Source of the DNA: Geopsychrobacteraceae bacterium
GTDB lineage: Bacteria; Desulfobacterota; Desulfuromonadia; Desulfuromonadales; Geopsychrobacteraceae
Assembly: GCA_963677135.2 (NCBI GenBank)
Contig: CAXXLS010000009.1
Location: forward strand, 74,834-98,833
DNA length: 24,000 bases
Reading direction: 5' to 3'
The notes below the pieces were generated by a model, which was not told where the DNA came from, did not search any database, and saw nothing but the letters and a program-made list of their open reading frames with translations. Positions 16,475 through 24,000 of the stretch are shown here, in pieces (the first letter of the stretch is position 1; each line of letters opens with the position of its first letter). A program made the translations under genes and the position numbers.

Positions 16475-17204
16475 GGCGTTTCCTCCGGCTCACCAGATAG
16501 CCGGCACCAATGCCCGCCAATGTCGCAATAAACAGCCCTAAATTATAGGGCAACGGATGGCATAATAACGCAAGACTTCCGGCCACTGCCGCCGCGATCA
16601 GGCAAGCGCTATCTTTAATGGCAGGAAACAGCAATGCCAAAAAAGTCAGTGGGATAGCAAAATCAAGTCCCCACTCTTTTGGTACTTGTGCTCCCAGGAA
16701 AACTCCGGCTACGGTGCCTATATGCCAGGTAGCCCACATGGTTAATGCGCCTCCCAGATAGTACCAGTGCTTGAACTCTTTAATATTAAGGTCAAAAGCT
16801 GATATAGAAATGGCAAAAGATTGATCGGTAATAAGGTAAGCGAGGCCACTGCGCCAGGTGAGTGGCAGCTGCTGAAAGTGAGGAGCTAAAGAGGCGCTGT
16901 AGACACAGAACCGCAGATTTATAACCAGGGCGGTAAGGATGATGACAAAATCAGATGCCTGGCGACTGATTAAATCAATAATAGCTAACTGAGCAGCACC
17001 GGCGAAAACCAGGTGCGACATTCCCAAGGCAGCAAACTTAGACAACCCGACACCAACTGCAGACAAGCCGGCAATCACGGCAAAGGGCAGAGCTCCAAGA
17101 GTCAAAGGAACCATCGCCTGAGCACCCGCAATAAAAGCAGTTTTTGGTGACGACATTGTCTTAACCCTTCTGCTGACGTCAAGACCAATAACGCAACAAA
17201 CCAT
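16467..17204 (-). CDS. azlC: AzlC-family (LIV-E) permease
   Basis: 245 aa: AFIAGAQAMVPLTLGALPFAVIAGLSAV, NLRFCVYSASLAPHF, LITDQSFAIS motifs. Confidence 0.87.
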   Translation of the reverse strand: MVCCVIGLDVSRRVKTMSSPKTAFIAGAQAMVPLTLGALPFAVIAGLSAVGVGLSKFAALGMSHLVFAGAAQLAIIDLISRQASDFVIILTALVINLRFCVYSASLAPHFQQLPLTWRSGLAYLITDQSFAISISAFDLNIKEFKHWYYLGGALTMWATWHIGTVAGVFLGAQVPKEWGLDFAIPLTFLALLFPAIKDSACLIAAAVAGSLALLCHPLPYNLGLFIATLAGIGAGYLVSRRKRHA

Positions 17205-17213
17205 TCAGTACAC

Positions 17214-17238
17214 GCTCCACCTGGAAACCAGGTGGAGC
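17214..17238. other. Intercistronic perfect hairpin
   Basis: GCTCCACCTGG-AAA-CCAGGTGGAGC, 11 bp stem, 3 nt loop, between dehydrogenase and azlC. Confidence 0.6.
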
Positions 17239-17322
17239 GCTATAAATCCGTTCGCGAACAGCACGAACAGACAGAAATACCGCTATATTTCCTGACGCAA
17301 TAAAACCGTTTCGGGAAAAAAA

Positions 17323-18279
17323 TCAGTTCACTACGTTAACAGCTTTGTTAGCAAGAAATGATGCCAGATTGTCTACTGCAGTATTCAACAGGCGTGCGCG
17401 TGCTTCCAAAGGAGCCCATGCAATATGCGGGGTAATGAAGCAATTAGGCGCCTGCAACAAGACATTATCCCCTTTGATGGGCTCGGTTGATACCACGTCC
17501 ACACCGGCAGCCTTGACCTTCCCGGAATGAAGCGCAGCGGCCAGGTCCTGCTCGACAATCAGCGGGCCTCTGGAGGTGTTGATGATGATGACACCATCTT
17601 TCATTTTGGCAATAGAACTTTCGTTGATCATGCCTTCGGTGGATTCAAACAATGGACAATGTAAAGAGATAACGTCAGATTCGGCATAAAGAGTGTCAAG
17701 ATCAACATACTTGATGCCATTGCCTTCCAGCTCTTTGTTTGGATATGCGTCATAAGCCAACACATTCATGCTGAAACCCTGGGCAATTTTAGCTGCCTGC
17801 TGGCCAATACGACCAAAACCGACAAAACCAATCGTTTTCCCGGCAAGCTCGATCAGGGGATGATTCCAGAAACAGAAATCGGGGCAACGTTCCCAATCGC
17901 CCTGATACACTGCATTGCTGTGATCCTGAACATGGTGACAAATTTCAAGTAACAGAGCAAAAACAAACTGAGATACGGCAGTCGTACCATAGGTCGGGAT
18001 ATTGGTAACAGGAATTCCCTTTTCTCTAGCCGCAGCAACATCGACAACATTGTAACCGGTTGCTAAAACACCCACGTATTTAATGCCCGGACAAGCAGCA
18101 AAGGTCTCACTGGTCAGTGGAGTCTTATTGGTAATGACCGCTTCGGCATCACCGATTCTGCTGATAATATCGGCACTATCGGTACGGTCATAACAAGTAA
18201 CTTCACCTAATTTTTCAAACCCTTCCCAGCTTAAATCGCCCGGGTTCAATGTATAGCCATCTAAAATGACAATCTTCAT
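17323..18279 (-). CDS. D-2-hydroxyacid dehydrogenase (glycerate dehydrogenase/hydroxypyruvate reductase-like)
   Basis: 318 aa: VGVLATGYNVVDVAAAREKGIPVTNIPTYGT, GKTIGFVGFGRIGQQAAKIAQGF, NTSRGPLIVEQDL, NCFITPHIAWAPLEARARL. Confidence 0.9.
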   Translation of the reverse strand: MKIVILDGYTLNPGDLSWEGFEKLGEVTCYDRTDSADIISRIGDAEAVITNKTPLTSETFAACPGIKYVGVLATGYNVVDVAAAREKGIPVTNIPTYGTTAVSQFVFALLLEICHHVQDHSNAVYQGDWERCPDFCFWNHPLIELAGKTIGFVGFGRIGQQAAKIAQGFSMNVLAYDAYPNKELEGNGIKYVDLDTLYAESDVISLHCPLFESTEGMINESSIAKMKDGVIIINTSRGPLIVEQDLAAALHSGKVKAAGVDVVSTEPIKGDNVLLQAPNCFITPHIAWAPLEARARLLNTAVDNLASFLANKAVNVVN

Positions 18280-18503
18280 CTTTCAAAACTCCTTATTATT
18301 CTCCTGTTAGGGACGATTCTTTTAACTCGTTTTCATCCGGAAACTAAACAGCACAACCAACCCGTTTCTGATTTGGAAAGATGCAATTTTTTTCCAGATC
18401 AAGAAAATCAAGCATTAGCACGGAGTCGTAATACTTTACGCCGCACAAGCGAATGCGCTGATTGACGCCGAGCTGGTGAAAAAGGACGTTTTCCCGACAG
18501 AAA

Positions 18504-19436
18504 CTAACCAGCAATCAGCTGACGGGCTGCCGCGACAATATTTTCAGCGGTGATACCATTTTTATTCATCAGGAACTCATACTGCGCAGACTCCCCGAAC
18601 TGATCCTGAATGCCGATCCGCTTGACGATCCCTTTGCCTCTTTCGGCAACGACCTCACACACGGCGCTGCCGAGGCCGTTAAGAATGTTGTGGTCCTCAA
18701 CGGTAACAATTTTACCGATCTCATCAATAGCTTTATTGACGGCATCATTATCAAGAGGCTTGATGGTATGCATATCGAGAACCCGCACCGTATGTCCTTG
18801 TTTTTCAAGTTCAGCGGCCGCGGTCATCGCCAGGTTGACCGTATCACCATTGGCGATCAGGGCAACATCCTTTCCATCTTTAAGCTGATTAGCTTTGCCG
18901 ATCGTCAACTCTACCCCCTCATCATAAAGAGAGGGCATGGGATTCTTGGTAAAGCGCAAATAAACCGGGCCAACATGTTCTGCCGCAGCTTTAACCAGCT
19001 TCTTGGCCGAATTGAAATCTGCCGGCATGATAATCGTCATGTTGGGCAGGGTGCGCATAACGCCCATATCTTCACTCCCCTGGTGGCTGGCGCCATCGGT
19101 CCCGGGAGTCAGGCCGCCATGAGAACAGGCGATCTTGACATTCAAATCTGGATAACAGATTTCCTGACGAATCTGCTCACACATGCGCATACTGCCGAAC
19201 ACAGCATAAGTGGTTACGAAGGGAATCTTACCGGTCGTCGCCAGTCCGGCGCCGACTCCGGCGGCATTCTGTTCGGCAATCCCGACATTGACGTGCTGAT
19301 TCGGCAGCTGTTGAGAAAAGGGAATGGTCATACAGGGTTTGGCGATATCCGCATCGACAACAAAGATATCCTTATTAGCCTTGCCCAGTTCAAGTATTGC
19401 TTCGCCGTATGCTTCTCTGGTTGGTCTTGCTTCCAT
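18504..19436 (-). CDS. Transketolase, C-terminal (pyrimidine-binding) subunit
   Basis: 310 aa: NVGIAEQNAAGVGAGLATTGKIPFVTTYAVF, GGLTPGTDGASHQGSEDMGVMRTLPNMTIIMPAD, TVEDHNILNGLGSAVCEVVAE. Confidence 0.93.
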   Translation of the reverse strand: MEARPTREAYGEAILELGKANKDIFVVDADIAKPCMTIPFSQQLPNQHVNVGIAEQNAAGVGAGLATTGKIPFVTTYAVFGSMRMCEQIRQEICYPDLNVKIACSHGGLTPGTDGASHQGSEDMGVMRTLPNMTIIMPADFNSAKKLVKAAAEHVGPVYLRFTKNPMPSLYDEGVELTIGKANQLKDGKDVALIANGDTVNLAMTAAAELEKQGHTVRVLDMHTIKPLDNDAVNKAIDEIGKIVTVEDHNILNGLGSAVCEVVAERGKGIVKRIGIQDQFGESAQYEFLMNKNGITAENIVAAARQLIAG

Positions 19437-20284
19437 TATTGCGCCTCCTCAATCTCTTTCATGGCCTGAGCATATTGTTCATCGTTGGGAGCACCCCCAT
19501 GCCAGGCAACGACATCTTCCATGAAAGAAACGCCTTTCCCTTTTACTGTGTGGCCGACAATGACCTTGGGCAATTGGTTATTTTTATGCCGATTTGCTTC
19601 AAGAGCATCAACAATCTCTTCCATACTGTGTCCATTGATGGCCTGAACATCGCAACCAAACGCTTTAAATTTAGCCGCAAAGTCACCAGTCGGCATGATT
19701 TCTTCACAGGTGCCGTCATTCTGCAGCCGGTTGGCATCGACAATAATAGTCAGGTTATCGAGCTTATACTTCACGGCGCACATCACCGCTTCCCAGATTT
19801 GCCCTTCCTGAGTTTCGCCATCACCAACCATGGAAAAAACACGATAATCGCGACCATCACGTTTTCCCGCAATAGCCATACCAACAGCCGTAGACAGCCC
19901 TTGTCCAAGAGAACCCGTGCTGATATCGATACCGGGACATTTTTTCATGCATGGATGCCCCTGCAGGATTGATCCTTGCTTACGCAGAGTATTGACTGTC
20001 TCCATCGGGAAATATCCGCGCATCGCCAGGGCGGAGTAAAGAATCGGACAGACATGCCCTTTTGAGAGGATAAAACGATCACGATCGGCCCAGCGCGGTT
20101 CCTCCGGACGAAGGTTCAATTCATCGAAATAAAGTGCGGCAATGAAATCAGCTGCGGAAAGGGAACCGCCAGGATGCCCCTCCTGTGCTGTGTAGATCAT
20201 TGTCATTGCTGTTTTACGTAACTCTTTTGCCTTTTCCTTAAGAAAGGCCACCTTTTCCTGTTTTGACACAATAGCCTCCATCAT
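19436..20284 (-). CDS. Transketolase, N-terminal (TPP-binding) subunit
   Basis: 282 aa: AQEGHPGGSLSAADFIAALYF, ILSKGHVCPILYSALAMRG, FSMVGDGETQEGQIWEAVMCAVKYKLDNLTIIVDANRLQNDG; stop/start TAATG overlap with the C-subunit. Confidence 0.93.
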   Translation of the reverse strand: MMEAIVSKQEKVAFLKEKAKELRKTAMTMIYTAQEGHPGGSLSAADFIAALYFDELNLRPEEPRWADRDRFILSKGHVCPILYSALAMRGYFPMETVNTLRKQGSILQGHPCMKKCPGIDISTGSLGQGLSTAVGMAIAGKRDGRDYRVFSMVGDGETQEGQIWEAVMCAVKYKLDNLTIIVDANRLQNDGTCEEIMPTGDFAAKFKAFGCDVQAINGHSMEEIVDALEANRHKNNQLPKVIVGHTVKGKGVSFMEDVVAWHGGAPNDEQYAQAMKEIEEAQ

Positions 20285-20391
20285 ATAGCTATCAGTAAAA
20301 TAACCTGACTTCTCAGCCAGACGTGCTGAGCAATATATATGTATTCCGGGTTTTTAAATCAGCAGGCAGCTGAAAATCATTCGCGCTGTAA

Positions 20392-20419
20392 TGACGACCT
20401 TGATGACCTTGATGACCTT
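20392..20419. repeat. Short tandem repeat, 9-nt period (TGAyGACCT)x3
   Basis: TGACGACCT TGATGACCT TGATGACCT TG, between dctM and transketolase N-subunit. Confidence 0.7.
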
Positions 20420-20434
20420 GTCAATACTCTGTTG

Positions 20435-20466
20435 CATGCAGCTGCTGTCAGGACAGCAGCTGCATG
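20435..20466. other. Perfect 15-bp inverted repeat (hairpin or attenuator-like)
   Basis: CATGCAGCTGCTGTC-AG-GACAGCAGCTGCATG. Confidence 0.75.
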
Positions 20467-20484
20467 ATCAGGATAGAATCTGTA

Positions 20485-21741
20485 TTAATAGATGGTAAAT
20501 GCGGGGATATAGCTGATCAGACCAAGGATGAGTATGGCCAGGGCATAGAAAGGAACCAGTTCCTTGACGATTGTCCCGATCGGCACCCGCGCGATGGTTG
20601 AGGAAATGAAGAGGGTCGTACCAACCGGTGGGGTATAGAGACCAATCGCCAGGTTAACGACCATCATCAGACCCAGCTGAACCAGGTCCAGGCCAATCGC
20701 ATTGGCAATACCGACAAACAATGGACCGAGCAGCAGAACAGCGGCAGGAAGATCCAAGAAGGTTCCGACAATCAGCATAATGACGTTGAGCGCCAGAATA
20801 ACCATCCATGGTTCACTCAGTGACGAGGTCAGCCAGATAGTCAGGTTCTGCGGTACTTGCTCGAGAGTAAGGATCCACTGAATAACCGATGACCCCATGA
20901 TGATGAGCATAACGGCACCCGTCATGATACCGGTTTCAAGAATGGCGTTGTAGAAGGTCTTCCAGGTCATATCCCTGTAGACCACAGTTGCGATAAACAG
21001 TGAATAGGCGCAGGCCAGAACACTGACTTCTGTTGGGGTGGCGATGCCGAAACGCAGAGTGACAACAATCATGACGGGCATAAGCAGAGCCGGCAAGGCA
21101 TGCAGAGCCTCTGACTTAAACTTTTTCCAGCCCCCGTCGACCTCAGCTTTAGGCATACCACGCAGGGTGGCGATCAGCCAGGCTAAACCGAGCATACCAA
21201 AACCGATCATGCAGCCGGGGACAATACCGGCAATAAACAGATCGATAATCGACACGTTGGAAACCAGCCCGAAGAGAATTAACGGGATCGATGGCGGAAT
21301 CAGAACCGCAATGGTGGACGCTGCCGAGTTGATGGCACCGGCAAAACCAAGAGGGATACCGTTCTCCTTCTGAACCGGAATCATTGCGTTACCAAGGGCC
21401 GAAGCATCAGCCACAGCGGAACCGGAAACTCCCCCGAACATGACCGAACCGACAATCGTGACATGAGCCAGGCCACCACGCATACGGCCAACCATCAGCT
21501 TGGCAAAGTTCACCAGGTGCTCACCAAACTGACCCGACATCATCAGGCTGCCGGCGAGAATAAAGAAGGGGATCGCCAGCATCGGAAAACTCTGAGTCGG
21601 CGTATAAAGACGTTGTGCGATAACGGCCAGTGGCTTTCCGGCAATCATAAGAACCGCGCCGGAGGCACCAAGCATTGAGTAGGCAACCGGAACCGACAGT
21701 AGCAACAGTAGCGGGAAGAGCCAAACAATTATACTTGCCAT
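20485..21741 (-). CDS. dctM: TRAP transporter large permease (DctM)
   Basis: 418 aa: PLLLLLSVPVAYSMLGASG, FPMLAIPFFILAGSLM, GGVSGSAVADASALG, LINPPTPxxTLF-equivalent NLAIGLYTPPVGTTLFISSTIARVP. Confidence 0.93.
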   Translation of the reverse strand: MASIIVWLFPLLLLLSVPVAYSMLGASGAVLMIAGKPLAVIAQRLYTPTQSFPMLAIPFFILAGSLMMSGQFGEHLVNFAKLMVGRMRGGLAHVTIVGSVMFGGVSGSAVADASALGNAMIPVQKENGIPLGFAGAINSAASTIAVLIPPSIPLILFGLVSNVSIIDLFIAGIVPGCMIGFGMLGLAWLIATLRGMPKAEVDGGWKKFKSEALHALPALLMPVMIVVTLRFGIATPTEVSVLACAYSLFIATVVYRDMTWKTFYNAILETGIMTGAVMLIIMGSSVIQWILTLEQVPQNLTIWLTSSLSEPWMVILALNVIMLIVGTFLDLPAAVLLLGPLFVGIANAIGLDLVQLGLMMVVNLAIGLYTPPVGTTLFISSTIARVPIGTIVKELVPFYALAILILGLISYIPAFTIY

Positions 21742-21873
21742 AAAACAATCTCCTCACGACCAAATACGGCCGAAACTTCTGACAGAGTGCTGAAAAACGT
21801 TCCCAGGGGCAGCGAGTGCAACGCTGACGGTTTTTCACCAGCCTGCTAAACTTGATCAATAGTGTTGATACAC

Positions 21874-21910
21874 AAAGGGCTGTGACTGTATAAGGTCACA
21901 GCCCTTTTTT
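21874..21910 (+). terminator. Rho-independent-type terminator, plus-strand orientation, between dctQ and dctM
   Basis: AAAGGGCTGTGAC-TGTATAAG-GTCACAGCCCTTT followed by TTT (six T in total); 13 bp perfect stem. Confidence 0.65.
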
Positions 21911-21940
21911 CAAAAACAGCCTGTCGGATCTTTTGTTCTA

Positions 21941-22447
21941 CTAACCGTACTGAGCTGATGTCGTGTCAGCTTTTTCACCCAACGCGGTACGTATGCAATA
22001 AAGAGCCGAAATGATCGCTATCGCATAGAAGGCATAAAGAATACTTATATAACCATACATCTGCGGAATGTGAGTCTCAGGCAAACGACTGAATTTAGCA
22101 GCTCTGACGATCGGCATTGATGAGTAAGCCACCGTGAAACTGATTACTGCCGTAGCGGCATAAACCACCATAACGATGATCCGGCGCACCGCAGAAGGGA
22201 CAGCGTCAACAAGAACCGAAACAGCAATATTCGCCCCCCTGGCACTGGCCATCACAGCCCCCCCGGCAACCAGCCAGGGGAGAAGGATTTGATGCATTTC
22301 ATAAGCCCAGGTAATACCTTCCTCAAACAGATAACGCAGGATGACATTTACAAGCAGGGCCGCAAACATGGAAACCAGGGTTGTGCAGACAATGACAATT
22401 CCGGTCATGTCGATAATGCTGGTTATTTTTTTACATATTCCAATCAT
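21941..22447 (-). CDS. dctQ: TRAP transporter small permease (DctQ)
   Basis: ORF extends to 22603 but would overlap dctP; in-frame ATG at 22447 gives MIGICKKITSIIDMTGIVIVCTTLVSMFAALLVNVILRYLFEEGITWAYEMHQILLPWLVAGGAVMASARGANIAV..., a normal DctQ. Confidence 0.85.
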   Translation of the reverse strand: MIGICKKITSIIDMTGIVIVCTTLVSMFAALLVNVILRYLFEEGITWAYEMHQILLPWLVAGGAVMASARGANIAVSVLVDAVPSAVRRIIVMVVYAATAVISFTVAYSSMPIVRAAKFSRLPETHIPQMYGYISILYAFYAIAIISALYCIRTALGEKADTTSAQYG

Positions 22448-22472
22448 TGGAGCACACCCGCTTTCTTTGATA

Positions 22473-23447
22473 TCAGTTTGCTGCTGCTGATTTACGCAGG
22501 GTATCGATGAAGCTTCCATATTTCTCCCCATACTTTGCATAGACGGACTCTGTTGCATCCTGGAATACCTTTTTGTCGATAGCTTTAAATTGAGCGCCTT
22601 CATTTTCCATAACTTTCTTCAGCCCGATACTATCGATGTAAGAACGGCCACGCTGATACCAGCCAGCTTGCTTGGCTGCACTTTCTACGCAAGCCTGTTC
22701 TTTAGAAGAGAGAGACTCCCACCACATCAGGCTGGCAACAACCGGAGTACTTTCATACTTGTGGTCCGTCATGGTGATGTATGGAGTGATGGTATGAATT
22801 TTAGCTGAGTAGATATTGGTCAGAGGGTTTTCCTGGCCTTCGAAAGTACCAGCCTGCAGAGCAGTCGGCAATTCCGACCATGCCAGCGGTGCCGGGGTAG
22901 CGCCCAGGGCTTTAAAGATATCGGTCGTTACTTCATCTGGAGGAGTACGGATCATCATCCCTTTGATGGCGTCGAGAGAATCAACAAATTTTTTGGTATG
23001 GGTTGTCTGGCGGAAACCGTTATCCCAGAAGGTAATGATCTTCAGACCGGCTTCATTGGCTTTTTTATCAAGCATCTGGCCAACTTCGCCATCAAGAACA
23101 TTCCAGACATTGGGTAGATCTTTAAACAGGAAGGGCAGACCAAGCATACCGATTTCCGGAACGATCTGAGCCATTGGCCCTTGTGAGTTGGCGGACATCT
23201 GAATAATACCAGCCTGGGCAGAGGTCAGCATTTCTGAATCGTCACCCATGGTCGAGGAAGGAGCAATCTTCACAACAGTATCAGGGGAGCAAGCGGTCAT
23301 CAGCTGGCCGAACATCTCAGCAGCATCGTAACGAGGATTACCTGGGTTAGCACCATGGCCAAACACCAGCTCACCTGCCTGAACTGTAGATGCCAGCATT
23401 GCAGTGGCAACTGCAACAGTCGTAATTACGCGAAACATTCTCTTCAT
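22473..23447 (-). CDS. dctP: TRAP transporter substrate-binding protein (DctP family)
   Basis: 324 aa, signal peptide MKRMFRVITTVAVATAMLASTVQA, LVFGHGANPGNPRYDAAEMFGQLM, IVPEIGMLGLPFLF, IKGMMIRTPPDEVTTDIFKALGATPAPLAWSELPTALQAGTFEGQENPL. Confidence 0.93.
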   Translation of the reverse strand: MKRMFRVITTVAVATAMLASTVQAGELVFGHGANPGNPRYDAAEMFGQLMTACSPDTVVKIAPSSTMGDDSEMLTSAQAGIIQMSANSQGPMAQIVPEIGMLGLPFLFKDLPNVWNVLDGEVGQMLDKKANEAGLKIITFWDNGFRQTTHTKKFVDSLDAIKGMMIRTPPDEVTTDIFKALGATPAPLAWSELPTALQAGTFEGQENPLTNIYSAKIHTITPYITMTDHKYESTPVVASLMWWESLSSKEQACVESAAKQAGWYQRGRSYIDSIGLKKVMENEGAQFKAIDKKVFQDATESVYAKYGEKYGSFIDTLRKSAAAN

Positions 23448-23720
23448 CGAGATTCTCCTTTCATAAGGGAAAAATGTTTTTTACTTCCGCACATTGACGA
23501 TTAGTAAATCAACGATTCACCATTTAGTTTCAGGACCAACTTAATAAATTCATCTGCCTCACAAAATCGACTCACACAAAAAACTGTTTACAAACAGCTG
23601 CCGCTCTCAAAAACCATCTTTCCCACGACTGAAAAAAAAGAGATTATCCTTTTATAACCAACTACTTAATCAGCGCCACAAAAAATAAAACAGCTGTCTA
23701 TTTCTGGGAAGGGTAACACC

Positions 23721-23738
23721 TTGACTACTAGTGGTCAA
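23721..23738. promoter_or_regulatory. Imperfect 18-bp palindrome, candidate operator
   Basis: TTGACTACTAGTGGTCAA (only the T/G pair off-symmetric) in the divergent region between dctP and the LysR gene. Confidence 0.35.
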
Positions 23739-23914
23739 ACGAATTAAAATGGCAAATAGGTGAGGTCAATTCATCTAAAAATCACCCGGTTTCGCCCCAA
23801 AATATTTCACCTGAGAAATATGTAACACTTTATACCATTTATTGTTTTACCATTAAACATACGAATGCCGACAACAACCACTGTCCCTGCTCCCACTAAC
23901 GAAAGAGTCGTTCA

Positions 23915-24000
23915 ATGAGCAACCGCCGATTAGCGCTGAAAGCGATCCAGGCCTTTGAAGCCGCCGCCCGGCACGAATCTTTTGGTCTCGCGGCCGAAGA
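23915..24000 (+). CDS. LysR-family transcriptional regulator, N-terminal fragment truncated by window edge (GcvA-like)
   Basis: ATG at 23915: MSNRRLALKAIQAFEAAARHESFGLAAE..., matching the LysR/GcvA N-terminus (LxALRAFEAAARHxSFxxAAEE). Confidence 0.75.
   Translation, partial: MSNRRLALKAIQAFEAAARHESFGLAAE

Noticed and set aside
18690-19469. 259 aa plus-strand ORF
   Set aside because: Antisense to the transketolase C-subunit with clear homology on the other strand; no domain recognised.
22448-22603. N-terminal extension of the DctQ ORF (MKALNLKLSTKRYSRMQQ...)
   Set aside because: Would overlap 131 nt of dctP and lacks DctQ similarity; the ATG at 22447 gives a normal DctQ N-terminus.

Overview
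Window from what looks like a Desulfuromonadales/Geobacterales-like or related proteobacterial chromosome (lineage is an inference from gene content only). Recognisable content, left to right: DUF1653-like protein; small membrane ORF; MFS (DHA2-type) exporter translationally overlapping a four-domain S1 RNA-binding protein; a ~1.66 kb non-coding array of four ~460 bp units rich in hairpins and arranged A-B-A-B; a diacylglycerol/undecaprenol kinase-PAP2 phosphatase fusion; an ADP-ribosylglycohydrolase/J1-crystallin-like protein; a DUF4015-type putative glycoside hydrolase; a divergent argP/argO-like (LysR/LysE) pair; an SLC13-type permease whose 3' end appears to be interrupted by an IS630-family insertion; an SrkA/YihE-like kinase; and a long minus-strand cluster (TRAP dctPQM, split transketolase, D-2-hydroxyacid dehydrogenase, AzlCD, class II aldolase) facing a divergent LysR regulator cut by the window edge. 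No rRNA, tRNA or CRISPR found. The strongest leads are the hairpin-rich alternating repeat array (including a covarying boundary hairpin), the IS630 insertion that can be undone in silico to restore a longer permease reading frame, and the TRAP/split-transketolase catabolic cluster of unassigned substrate. I see no defence system or clearly novel multi-gene machinery.
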